From Dimorphilus gyrociliatus (taxonomy: Eukaryota; Animalia; Annelida), in contig CAJFCJ010000008.1 in the NCBI GenBank assembly GCA_904063045.1, positions 1,116,001 through 1,180,000 of the forward strand: a DNA stretch of 64,000 nucleotides, read 5' to 3'. The notes below the pieces were generated by a model, which was not told the origin of the DNA, ran no database searches, and saw only the letters and a program-made list of their open reading frames with translations. The translations under genes were made by a program, and so were the position numbers. Positions 51,994 through 64,000 of this stretch are shown piece by piece; the first letter of the stretch is position 1; each line of letters begins with the position of its first letter.

Positions 51994-54900
51994 TTATGGA
52001 TCAATGCAACTATTTGCTCCAAAATACATAGTTCCTGTCAAATCTTGACAGGATTTACAACATTGGCTTCTATAGAAGGTTCCAGCCGTACAGGAATCGC
52101 AATTATCGGATACTATTTTATTACAATCGAGTCCAGCAATGGTAGGTGCATCAGCACAAACTAATGAAAGCATAGTGTTATTTATTTGTTTTCTTTATTA
52201 TGTACAGTATATACATATACTGTATATTTTATTACCTGGTCCAATTTGGGAATCGAGGGAGCATAAGCTGCAAGTTAAACGGCACTGAAGTCTTCTTACT
52301 TTATCTTCACACAGGTAACTTCTTTGCTCTCTTTTACATAATACAGAGTCATCTCTACATCCATTTTCAAACATCGCTGAAAGGTGAATAAACAAATAGT
52401 TATTTATCTGTTATTCAAAATTCTTTCTTTTTTAGTGAAAATGCTCTTAAGCGTAATATTAAAGAAATAGTTGTAATAACAATACACTGCATATAATGTT
52501 TAATTTAAAAATATTTTTATAATCGTTCGAAAAGAATGAATGAATTAAATTTAGCGAAAAGTACTCTTACAAATTTGACAATCGTATCCGTCATATCCTC
52601 GAGGGCAATCGCAAAAGTATCCACCTCCAACAGATTCCAAACATTCAGCGTTGTTTTGGCATGGGTTGGGATTGCATGGGCCAGGTCGATGGGTATCTTT
52701 AAGTAAAAGAGTATAAGATAAATTATAATTCCGATATACTAATATTAATATATAATTAAATTTTACATTTCGGTCCGACAGTAGTGGGAACGGGAGTAGA
52801 AAAAGGGTTAGCTGTAGGGCTAATAGTAGAGGTAGCTAAAATATAATGATGTTAGAAATTACAGAAAGAATCTTATTGCTTTTAAACTTACGACAAGCGT
52901 TACAGGTAACAGGACAAAGATCCTTTATCAAATCGCAGGTATACTTCTTAACAAGATTTGGGCAATTTGTATCTGTATCTTTACATTCTAGTAATTTAAA
53001 TAAAAAAGATATTAGGTTAACTTCAAGAAAATAAAAATTAGATAATCTTACTTGTTGTTTCTTGCGTAAGCTTTACATCTATAGTAGATATTGAAAAAAT
53101 CTAGTTTTTACATTCTATCAAATGAGAGTTAATATTGATATCATTTACCGTAAAAATCCCCTAACAGATTATATCTTCTACAACTATTACAACAAAGTGG
53201 CTTAAAAATTGAAGTCTGACAGCGATAGGGGGTTTTTATAACAGATCCTGAACAATCATTGCCGACATCGCTAGTAGTGCATTCTATAAATATGTGATGA
53301 AAAATAATGATTAATGTATATTTGAGAAAAAACAATTAATAGCTTCTATGTTACCTTCTCCTAGAGGTAATTGCAACGATTTACAAACTCCTATTTCCTC
53401 AGCTGTTGAAACAAAGTTGAAATTCTTTTACATTTTTTACCTTCCATATTTTTTGTGACTTACCGGAAGGTGTTTCACTTTTATCTATGCAAACTCCTTT
53501 GTAGCACCATCTGTTACCGAGAGTACCGCATGGTGTCCTATCAGCAGCTCCAAGTTTATGCACAACACATTTGCTTACTTTAGGGTCATCAGTCGGTACT
53601 GAACAGTAAAGGTGACTACAGATGTCTACTGCCCATGGTCTCTGACTTTCAGGCTGAAAAGAAATTTCATATAATTAGAAAAGTGGAGAGTATATAACCT
53701 GATCTAAATTTCATTTAACTGATCTAGATAGTTATATGAAAGCATAACGTCATTTTAACAGAGATCTTTTATTCACTTTTTCTTTATTATATCTTTAAAA
53801 AGTTGGAGATAATGCGAGATCTCTCGGCAAAAAGAACTAATTAAAAAACTTGATAATTAAAGAGAGATGAGAGGAACAAAGATATTACATGTAGGTAGGT
53901 ATATCAAGAAGTAAGCAGCATAGTGCATATGTGAACTAACTCCTCTCAAATGCTTTATTTGAGCATAAAGCTTATATTCCCATGTATAAAAGTACAATGA
54001 GTATATATAAAGTATATATATATATATCAATAAGTACATGCACACAGAGTATAATCTACACATTTTATACTTGTTCAATGACATAATACATAATATCCAC
54101 TATCCTAGAATTCTATTTAAATACACAATTTTGCTTATCCTACAGTAGAGTATGTTACTGTATATGTCTTTTACTAATAATACATATGTGTAATATAGAC
54201 CAAGAATCAACTTGTTGAAGAGCTTAAATGAGAAAAATACGTCTACTTACGCAGGCTCCATGAGATAAGGTAAATCTTGCTTTGCATTGCTCTGTTATGG
54301 AGAGATCATATTCTTTAGTTCTGAAATTGTCTCCAAGGCTTGGATCCAGTGTTCCGACTTCTTGTTTATTAAACGAAACACAGTTTTTATTTGCTAAACA
54401 AGTTCTTTTATATTTATCTGCTTCTCCAGTTACTAATCTCTTAATATCTCTAATTGAACAATCCGAAAATTTATAGGCTTTTTCATATTGACTTGGTGTT
54501 CTGGTTCTCAGAACGGGAGCCATGATGTTCATTTGATCATTTGCGCATGACACAGCAGAATCCGATCCATCATGAACAGCTCCTATGACATGAGCAACTT
54601 CATGTGCAAGTGGCCACCAGGAGGCGCTTCCTATATCTTCAATGACAGCTAAACCTCCCTCTTTTCCAAATTTGCAAACACCATTCCATCTGGCCGTTCC
54701 TGTGATGTGTATATTAGTAGTTTTGTACTTAAAAAACTATTATAATTCAAGCTTTACCTATTATGACGTCTGAGTATCCTGCAGCAGATTGATCTTTTCT
54801 AGCCAAATTTCGTCTAATATTTTGTAATAAAAGCACAAATGTTAAATATTCTAAATCTTGTATAAAATATAATAAAAAAAATCAAAACTTTATACTTTGT

Positions 54901-57549
54901 AAATAATACAATAACGTCCATCTTATACCAGCCATAGCTTTGACGTACTTTCCATTCTCCAAGATTATCAAGAATTGTATCTGAATCTACAACATCAGTT
55001 TCGTAACTAGTTCCTCTAGCAAGGTAAGAACCTCTGTAGAGAGCGGCATCTTGAGAATTTTCCTAATAAATTAAAAAGAAATTCCGTCATAGGTATACAC
55101 AAAACTTCCATTAAAAGATTTTTGACTAGTTATTTACCACTAAAAACTTTAAATTGGATAGCCACAAAGTGACACAAATTCCCCATCGTCTGGCGTCAAT
55201 ACTCTTGTAAACAACATCTGCATCGTTAAAAATTTCTGCGTAATGAAGTTGAAGAAGTCTTTTAATAATTTCAAAATCGTGAGGTCTGCCCGCTTCTCTT
55301 TCTCGAGTGTAGAAACTAAAATATTTTTTTAATAGTGATTATTAACATTAAATAATTAGATAAGATTATGAGGAATGAAAGATTCATACAATTGGTACAC
55401 ATCTTTAGGAACAACAGCCATAACCTCTATGTGGATATCTTTGCAAGTTGTTTGTGTTTGGGTAGGAGAAGCAAAGGTTGAATCATCTGAAGCTGCTGGA
55501 GGAGAATGTTCTTCAGAATCAATAGCCAATCCACCTTCGCCTGCACCAAATACAATACTACCACCACCTGGGATAGGTTCATTATCATTTGTAGGTTTTT
55601 CTTCATCCTCTCCAATAGGTTGGATGACGTGTGGAACTCCATCTTTTACTGGATCATTATTTTCAGGAAAGCCATTTAGTTCGTTGCTAAAGTCTTTCTT
55701 TTCAATTTTTGTGAGTTTATACTTCTTTTCTTTCATGACAAACTTTCCTTCCTAAAACGCAAAAAAGCCATAGTAGCAATACAAAAAAGGATTCTTTCGT
55801 CTTACTGATTAAGAGAAAAAAGTATAGCATGAATAGATATTAAATCTCTTTTTATATTATAATGAAAGGAGCAGGTAAGTACATGACACATTAACTATAA
55901 AATACACCTAAAAACAAAGGTGAAACACCTAGATCAGCACATTCCTTTGTATAACAAAATCATTTTTAAAGTTCAGTTTCCTTGAAGAAAAACTTCCTGT
56001 ATTATTCATAGAGATTAAATTTGATTATCAATTGTCATATTAATTGGAATTACTATTGATATTTATTATAAGAAAATATATTTAAGAGCTATACGCTTTG
56101 ACAAGAACGTAAAATGTTGGATTTTATCTTTTCTCGAGAAGTCTCGAATGCCCACGCTCTTTTTTTTCTTTTAAGTTCTTTTTACAAAAACTAGTGTATC
56201 TATAATTTTAAGGAAAATGTGAAATACTTTTGCATTATCTCTCTATGCTCACATAAAAAATAGAAATTTTATTACTTAAAGCATTTTTCCTTTCTTAAAC
56301 CTTTCAACATTTTATTGATAGTTCAAAAAGTAGAGGCTCTTTTAAAAGAATGCTATTTCTCGAAGGCCTAAATGGTGCCAACCTGAGTCAATTTAGAAAT
56401 TCCTTACGAAAAAAATTGACAAGATATATTCATTCAGCATAAAAGAGATAATCGGTAACCTAGTCCTTTTTTATTCTATTTCCGGCGGAATTATAGGGAA
56501 AAATGCTAACAATTCTGTTCGTTTGAATTGTTCATTTAACAATTTATGCAAATTAGTTTCTGATGAGTTGATGTTATAGTTTCGCTAATTTTAGAATAAT
56601 AGAAGGTCTTAGGTTTGTGAATATTTTTTCCTATTTATGACCGTAAAATAAATGAAATAACATGAACTGACCATAGATCTAAGAGTGACAGAGCCTCTTT
56701 TTGCTCCTGAAACAATCATAGCTGCATGGTTATCCTTATCTTGATAGACTCCAAGATTAAAAACAGGCTTTCCATCTCCCTTTATAGAAGATGGAAACAA
56801 ATTGTTTAAAATTTTTTTTGCTTCGTCTTCATCGAGTATTGTTGGGAAAGCTTTTATATTTTCAACTCTTTTCAAGTTCAACTTAATGCTCTCATCTTTA
56901 GAAACAGCAAATGATGATTTAATCTGCTTGGGCAGAATGTCGTCATCTCTTTCATTTTCCTTGATGAGAATAATTTGCTTCTTTTCCTTTGGTTCGAACC
57001 AGCCTGGAAGTATCGACGAGCCGCCAGTACCAATTGAGCCGTTATTTCTAATGGGAGAATCAGTTGTTGTTTGACCTGAGATCGTAACTAAATTTGTTGA
57101 TGAACTTGCGGTATCATCACCGGTAGAAGGAAGAGGGGTAGATTGTTGTTCTTCTTTTTCTGGCGTTTCAATTAAAGTAGTTTGTTCAGAGTGTTCATTT
57201 TCGCCAGATTTGATTTCACCATCTGTAGTTTCTTCATCTGTTTCTGAGGAATGACTATCAGAAGCATTTTCTGAAATATCAGTTGGAGACACGGTGTCTT
57301 CTTTTTCTACATTGTCATCCACGTCGTTAGTATTTGTGGTATTATATTCCTTGTCAGCATTATTAGACACTGGATCTGGGACTTCAGTAGCTTGTGGAGC
57401 AGATGAGACTAGAGGGGTTGTTGGGTCCTCTTTAATCACTCCACCTTTTTTCACAATGGAAAATTAGAAAAGATTTCAAAGTTATTTAAAGAAAATTTCA
57501 TTTTACCTGAAGCAATTAAAAAGATAGAACAGACTAAAAGAGCTTTCAT
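51994..57549 (-). CDS. Secreted M12B (ADAMTS/MIG-17-like) zinc metalloprotease with a Cys-rich domain and a PLAC-like/ShKT/EGF/ShKT/PLAC-like tail
   Basis: Signal MKALLVCSIFLIAS (57549-). Zn site HEVAHVIGAVHD (54604-54569) and Met-turn NIMAP. ADAMTS-type Cys-rich domain (EQCK...DICSHLYC...AADRTPCG...WCYKGVC). Then CC..SC-type modules, ShKT-like modules (CPVTCNAC, CRLTCSLC) and an EGF repeat (CNPNPCQNNAEC...YFCDCPRGYDGYDC). Confidence 0.87.
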
Positions 57550-58494
57550 CCACATCTTTGCCTGTCCAAGACGCCTGTATAGAACAATATATAAAGTAAA
57601 GAAAATTTAAGACAACTATTAAGAATAATACTCGATTAGGTCAAATTTGCGTACGTAAGAATTTCCTGTTAAAAGAAAATTGAGGGAATGCAAAGAGTTT
57701 GCTTATTGAGGCCTCTTCTATTCAATTTCTGTTTACCTTTTCTGTCGATTCATTTATATTACACCAACTTTTTTTAATCGAAAATAGCTATGTAGGCCTA
57801 ATTTTGAATATGATTGATATACAGTCCTCTACAAAAAAATAGTCTTTAATACGAGGATAATGCGGAGAAATACCATAGACACGAATCATCAAAAATTGAG
57901 CAATAGTAAGAAAATATTTGTTGAAAGAAAATATACTTTAGTTTTCTATTCAAAGTACTTAATTTCAGCTAAGACCAAATAGGTTGCAAAGTTTGTTTTA
58001 TAATTAAAAGAGAGTTTAATATCTTCCTATATAAAATAGAATATAAAAAGAAAATAGCAGAAAAAAATTACTGATGTAAAAAATAGAGGGAAAGAAAGTT
58101 TTGAATTCATATGATTTAATTATACGTAATAATGAATAAACTAAGTGTAACTTACTGACCAAAGCATGTATCAATGTCAATTCAAACCTTGAATCTAAAA
58201 TTTAACGATAGGATTTTTTTTTCACGTGTGGGTGTTTAGGTACAGATAGATGGCGCTTTGCTATTTTTTCTTGGAGCTCTTGATACAAGAAAATATTCTA
58301 TGAATTCAATAACAATCGTACAAGTTCAACAAAGGATTTATTAAATTGTCATTTACAATGTTTAAAACAGGAATGTTAATGGGGGGAACGACTTGTAGTA
58401 CAATAGAATAATTTAGCCTATAGATAACAGTTGGCCCTTTTAAGACAAGACGCAAAGATTATTTATGAGAGATGATAGAAATAAACAGAATAAT

Positions 58495-58526
<32 letters not shown>

Positions 58527-60066
58527 GGGGAGGGAAGAGAAAAAAAGAGTGGAGGAGGAGAATAAAAGAATGAAGGTGATAGAGAGAAGAGTTATAAAGA
58601 ATAAGAAAGGGTGAAAATAGGAGTAGTTAAACACGGAAGTGTGTAGGTTGAATGATAAAGCGAGGCTTAACAAACACTACTTTAACGTGTGAGTAATATA
58701 AATGTTACTTATTGGGAATTTAAGCATGAATTCAACTTGTTCAGGAAACTTTGAATTAAAAAAACCTTAGGGAAGAAAATATTTGAGTTGATAAAATCAT
58801 AGGAAGATTATAGTAGAAAAGAAGAGCGCAACATATCTTATTACTTAAAACCTTTTAGCGAAAAGGAATTAATGGAATTCTCTAGATAAACTCTTAATCA
58901 GTTGAATAATAATTAAGCAAAATAATAGCACCTGTTTAGTAAAAAATCATGGTATTATTACATAATTATAGTTAATGGAGCTCTAAACTAATAAATCATA
59001 AGGAGGGAAGTAAAAATAAAAAGAAAATGAGATTTTAGTGAAGAAAAATGAGTAAATTGTGTTCTGGATAATATTGATATAGTCTGGATAGAGCTGATGT
59101 AAGTTTAATTATATAGGGCTCAAATTCACATTATTTAGAGGTATGCTTTATTCTATTCTTTCTCAGAGTGTATTCTTATTCTTCTATGAATAGTAAACAA
59201 TATTTCCTCTGCTCATCTCATAATGATCGTATAACAATGCTAAGTGTGTTTAGAAGAGAAGGTGGAAAGAGACGAATTAAATGCAACTGGTCCTGAATAT
59301 CAAGTGCTAGCTTGGCGCCATCTATGAAATAACTTTTTAATATAGAAATTGCAAATGGTTAGATCTTTGGTCAAGAAGAGTAGTTAACTCTACTGTTCTT
59401 GAATTTCTCTTTATTTTTATTTTAATAAAGAGTAAGTTAAACAAGAATAATTAATTGGCTAATAAAATGTCACTTTAAATGACATATATAAAGAAAAATT
59501 GTATTAAACTAAAATCAGGAAAAGAAGATTGTCCATCTTTCAATTGTTATCAATTAACATTTGGTATTGTGAAATTCCATGTACTGGCTATCAAACAAAT
59601 GGACAATATTACGGTAGACAACTTGAAAGGCTGCATGTCATCAGCAACAAGCAAACTTATTAGCAATCCAGCTTCAGTGCAGAGTGGACAAAAATCAAAT
59701 TTGGCAAGGCACAGCCTTTAGTCTTAATTTAGCTTTGTCACATTTTTTTCCAGATGGCTATTACGGTTTATACAGTATTTTTTTTTCTGGTTTTCATCCT
59801 AACAACAGTTTTACAGTTTTCATATAGACTTTTTTTTAATTGTTTTGCCATTTAAGATTTTCCTTTCTTTTTAATTCAGTAAATGTTTTTATTTTATTGA
59901 ACAAACTGCACTACAACATTTATCAACATACACAACATCTAAAAAATTGTTTTTTTCATCCTTTTTCATAATGTCTGTATATGTTTTGTATATTTTAATT
60001 CGTTTTTATTTAGCTAATCTCTCGCTTGATTATTAATTATCAATGAAATTGTTTATAATTGATCAA

Positions 60067-60477
60067 CTAATTTCCACCTGTTCTATTCTTTAGCAATCTT
60101 TGCTGCTGACTGCAATTCTTAGAATAACTATCTAGGCTAGTAGTAGCCATGCTATGGCCTTGATTAATTGCCGTGTGAGAATTGCGTAACCATACCACAG
60201 TTCCTCGGCTTCCCTCTAATCCCCTATCGTATTGTACGCATGGTAGCCATCTAAATATAAATTTAAAACCAGCTCGAAATCTTGCGTTCATATAACAGTA
60301 GACTAAGGGATTGTACATTGAATTACTCATAGCTAACCAAAATATGATTAGATAAATTTCTTGAATATGGGGATGGCTATTAATGTTATTATTTATGTTG
60401 ATGAGTATAAAATAAAGATGTTGCGGTAGCCAGCATATACCAAATATAATTACAATGATTATCATCATCTTAACAAT
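60067..60477 (-). CDS. Tachykinin-receptor-like class A GPCR, terminal exon (TM6-TM7-tail); upstream exons not found in the window
   Basis: TTTGTAG acceptor, then IVKMMIIIVIIFGICWLPQHLYF and FWLAMSNSMYNPLVYCYMNARFRAGF, characteristic of TACR/TkR-family receptors. Confidence 0.85.
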   Translation of the reverse strand: MVKMMIIIVIIFGICWLPQHLYFILININNNINSHPHIQEIYLIIFWLAMSNSMYNPLVYCYMNARFRAGFKFIFRWLPCVQYDRGLEGSRGTVVWLRNSHTAINQGHSMATTSLDSYSKNCSQQQRLLKNRTGGN

Positions 60478-62389
60478 CTACAAAAAAAAGAAGATATATT
60501 ATTAATTATCAACAATAAAATCTTCTCTGTCTTACTCTTCTTTTCGATTTTATTGCCTGAACAGAAGTAGTTTCGCCAATGACGTCACCTCCCCATAATT
60601 TTAAACCTACTCGACTGTAAGTGGCTGCGATTATGGTTAGTGGTAGGAAATATTCCAAAACCATCAGGAATACGTCATAACTGTTGAAAATAAATATCTT
60701 TGATAAGTTTCGCTGTTGTAAATTAATAAACGTAAAATATAGCTATAAGTAAGAGTCTGAACTTGACCTGAACTTGACCTGACATATCATTACCGACAAT
60801 CACTACTAACAAAATTTTGGGCTTATGATAAGTTGATTAATGATTAAATTATGCTTTAAAATGGTTATTTTAGGCTGTTTTCAGTCTGATCGCGTTTAGT
60901 TCCAATGTAAATTACACTTTTTCTTAGTAAATAGGCAAATACGGTTGGGAAATATCCAATGAGCAAGAGAATTAGAGAAATCTACTTGAATTCCTAAATT
61001 GTTACTAATAAACAAGCAAAGAACTATAACTGCCAATCTTAATTAGCAACCAAGAAAAGGGACTTGTTCATTAAATATTGTTTTCCCTATCCTACATCAA
61101 GAGACTTTAGCGCCATCTGTAAACTGGTTAAGTTTATGCCATAAATTTGCTTATATCTTTTCTTTTATGAATAATTCCATAGACATAATGAAATATATAT
61201 ATACATAAAAGGATGACCTTTAAATTAACAGTTATCTAATAGTATAAAAAGGAAAAGGTCAGCTCGGTTATTCGGCGAATAGTTAGAGTGTTGATTTTGG
61301 ATAGATGTCGCGCAACTGAAGCCAGTTGACTACCAATGAATTGATAAAGATTATTTTAAAAAGGAAATATAAAGTCTGTTCAAAGTCAAAATTCATTCAT
61401 TCGATTAGATTTCTATACATTAAAGATAGTTTTTTTCATTTTTCTGCCTAAAGAACCTTTTATTGGAGTTTATCTTATCTATTTCATCAAACCAATTCTC
61501 ACATTATATTATACATTCAGCCATGTGACAAAGAAAGACTTGTTAGATTTTAGGCGCAAAATAGAACTGATTATTACCCTTTGATTGAAAAGATTACAAA
61601 CGGAAACAACAAGAAGAGTCGTCTAGTCTATTACTTTATGTCCAAAGTTTATATACTATATATAAAATAGTATAAATTTAGATAGACGATATACCGTATA
61701 TTTTGTTTTGTGTCTTATTCTGTACAAACAGAATTTTAAAAGAAATTTAATTAGAAAATATTTAAATGTTTGAAGATTTTCATTTATGTGATAGACAACA
61801 GTAGCTTTGGAACTATATTCATATTAACTATGGTAATTACTATCTCTATATGAGAAAAGCATAACAAAAGCTTATAATAAGAAATGCCTTTTTAAAAATT
61901 ACTCATTTTAGGTCATATTAAAAAATTAGCATGCCTACTCAAGATAGAATTTGCTAATGCATACTAGTTTATTATAATTCCGATATTAATTTAGGAAATA
62001 TATATATATGTAATTTTTTTGAATGAAGCAAAAAACTCTATTCCACTCAGCAATAGTGTACAGATCTGGTTATTATCATTACTTTATATGGCAAACATAC
62101 TCTAGCAAACCGTACTATCTCTAGGCAAACAACTTGCATCGCATAAATTGAAATTAATGTCCTCGGAGGCTTGTTATTACTTTAAAGCTACACCACTATA
62201 CAATTTAACAGTTATATCAATAAATATATGATAAAAAATTATGTTCAAATTATTATCAATAGTAAAATAACATTAAATCTCATATTACAATCTTTTGTAA
62301 AGGAAACGTCCGAAAGAAGTAAATTTGTCCTAAGATTTTCTTATTCAGCTGTTTAACATTACTACTTCTGATATAGGGTAGTTTATGTA

Positions 62390-62392
<3 letters not shown>

Positions 62393-62428
<36 letters not shown>

Positions 62429-62441
62429 CTCTCTCTCTCTT
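62393..62441. repeat. Compound (CA)n(CT)n microsatellite
   Basis: Direct reading of the sequence. Confidence 0.95.
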
Positions 62442-64000
62442 CTTCGTCTTCGTCTTCTTTTTCTATCTCTCTTTTCTTTAGCTGTCTTTTTTTCTTTCTT
62501 TCCCTAACCTACATATCTGTCTAAGTGACTACCTATTTCTTTATCAATTGGCTGTACGTTTATATAATAAAATGATATTTTAAACATGGTCAATATTATT
62601 ATAAGTATTGAAAAAACATTAGAATTGGTCTATTTTTTATTAGAAAATCGGAATTAATGTGTAAATTATGAATGAAATCTAATATCATTCAATACTCTCT
62701 AGGCTTAATAAAAATCAAAGAACGATTTATATTTTGGACAGTTAGTTATTTAATTAAATACTAATTAATAATAGTTTTACAAAATTTTAGGGAAAAGGGA
62801 AAGGGGAAAAAGGTTCATCAATCATTTTCACAAAAAACAAAAATCTTTCATAAATTTCTTATTTGTGATCGTTTAGTTTAGTCAATGTTTTTTTGGAGAA
62901 AGCAAGCTTGTAGAGCTATTTTAAAGAAATCTAATCAGATCTTGCTATTCACTGTAAGACTACTTATTCATTCGAAAGTTCTCTTGCAGGAATGGTAAGG
63001 GAGAGTAGCTCAATCGATTAAGTCACAATTTTTTGCCACCATCTCGATTCATCATTTTTAATAAAGATCTGACTGGAAGATGCTGTGTTGTAACGTCACA
63101 ACAAACCAGTTATAGTGTTACGGTGGGAGAGAAAGGTTATAAAAAAGAAGAAGAGGAGGATGAGGGGGAGGAAGAGGAGGAAGTAGAGCAGGGTAGTTTA
63201 AAATAATTAAACAATTTCATTTTTTCCTTTGTAAAACTTAAAAAAATATTAGTAATTTTATTTAGCCAAAGTATGACTAGCATTTTAATATTACTTAACT
63301 ATTCAATGGCTTTCTATTTGTAATAGAGTAACAAAATATATAGTATTTTCTATATATAGCTTTAAAACCCCTTTCCACGCCCATTTTCTTTCAATATATA
63401 TGCAAAAATTTCACAGAAGATTACAAAATCTACCTTTTCAGTTCTGTATAATGTTTTTTTTGCAGTAACAATAATACCTTACACGCAAGAATACTACTCA
63501 TTAAATTTCACCGTTTGTTTCTATCAAGTGTATGTTAAAGTAGGCTGATATCTTTGAGACTTTTTTTTAAATGTTTAAATGGATATTATAAAAGCATTTG
63601 CTATTACTTGAATCAATGAGACATTGATTTATGCAACCAAACATATATCCCTCGAAAACTGAGGATTTTGATTATTATAAGAAAAGCATTACATTTAAGC
63701 ATTTTTTCAGTTTTAATACGGCATTGAAAAATGTTATAAAGTGGAAAAAGTGTGGGAAGTGAGTATGAGTAAAATCTCCCAACCGCAATAAAAGCCGCTT
63801 CAGGCGTTTTGACTAAAACGCTTCGTGTCGCTGACATTCTTGTATACACCAGATTAAAAAAAACCTATATAAATAAATAAGACAAAGCGGTTGAGAGGGA
63901 AGGGCGAGAAAGAGAAAGACGTTAAGATTAATGGAGTAGAGGTGAGTTGTATAACATAGATTATAGGAAAAAGCGTGGGAAAGGGTTAAGGCAAAGAGTA

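Overview
Eukaryotic (animal, invertebrate-like) AT-rich genomic DNA. Introns are mostly very short (about 50-90 nt, GT-AG), so the ORF track captures single exons and I rebuilt genes by joining exons by eye. Left to right: (1) a claudin/PMP22-like tetraspan gene (+); (2) a short-chain dehydrogenase (+) whose first intron is almost filled by an intronless, same-strand RING + NHL-like gene ending in a CaaX-like tail; (3) a Shaw-like voltage-gated K+ channel (-) lacking the two outer S4 arginines; (4) two tandem paralogous GPI-anchored Ly6/uPAR (three-finger, quiver/sleepless-like) genes (-), one with 2 domains and one giant with 14 domains (seven A-B modules, about 26 coding exons, all traced introns phase 1) plus a duplicated Thr-rich stalk; (5) poorly characterised + strand genes at about 21-26 kb; (6) about 14 kb with no recognisable gene, holding microsatellites and decayed element-like sequence; (7) TTC38 (-); (8) a TMEM26/TMEM121-like membrane protein (-); (9) an ADAMTS/MIG-17-like M12B metalloprotease with a PLAC/ShKT/EGF tail and no visible TSP1 repeat (-); (10) the last exon of a tachykinin-receptor-like GPCR (-). 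No rRNA, tRNA or CRISPR array was seen. The most striking feature is the 14-domain quiver-like gene and its 2-domain paralog lying directly upstream of a Kv channel gene. All family calls come from motif recognition only; no database search was run.
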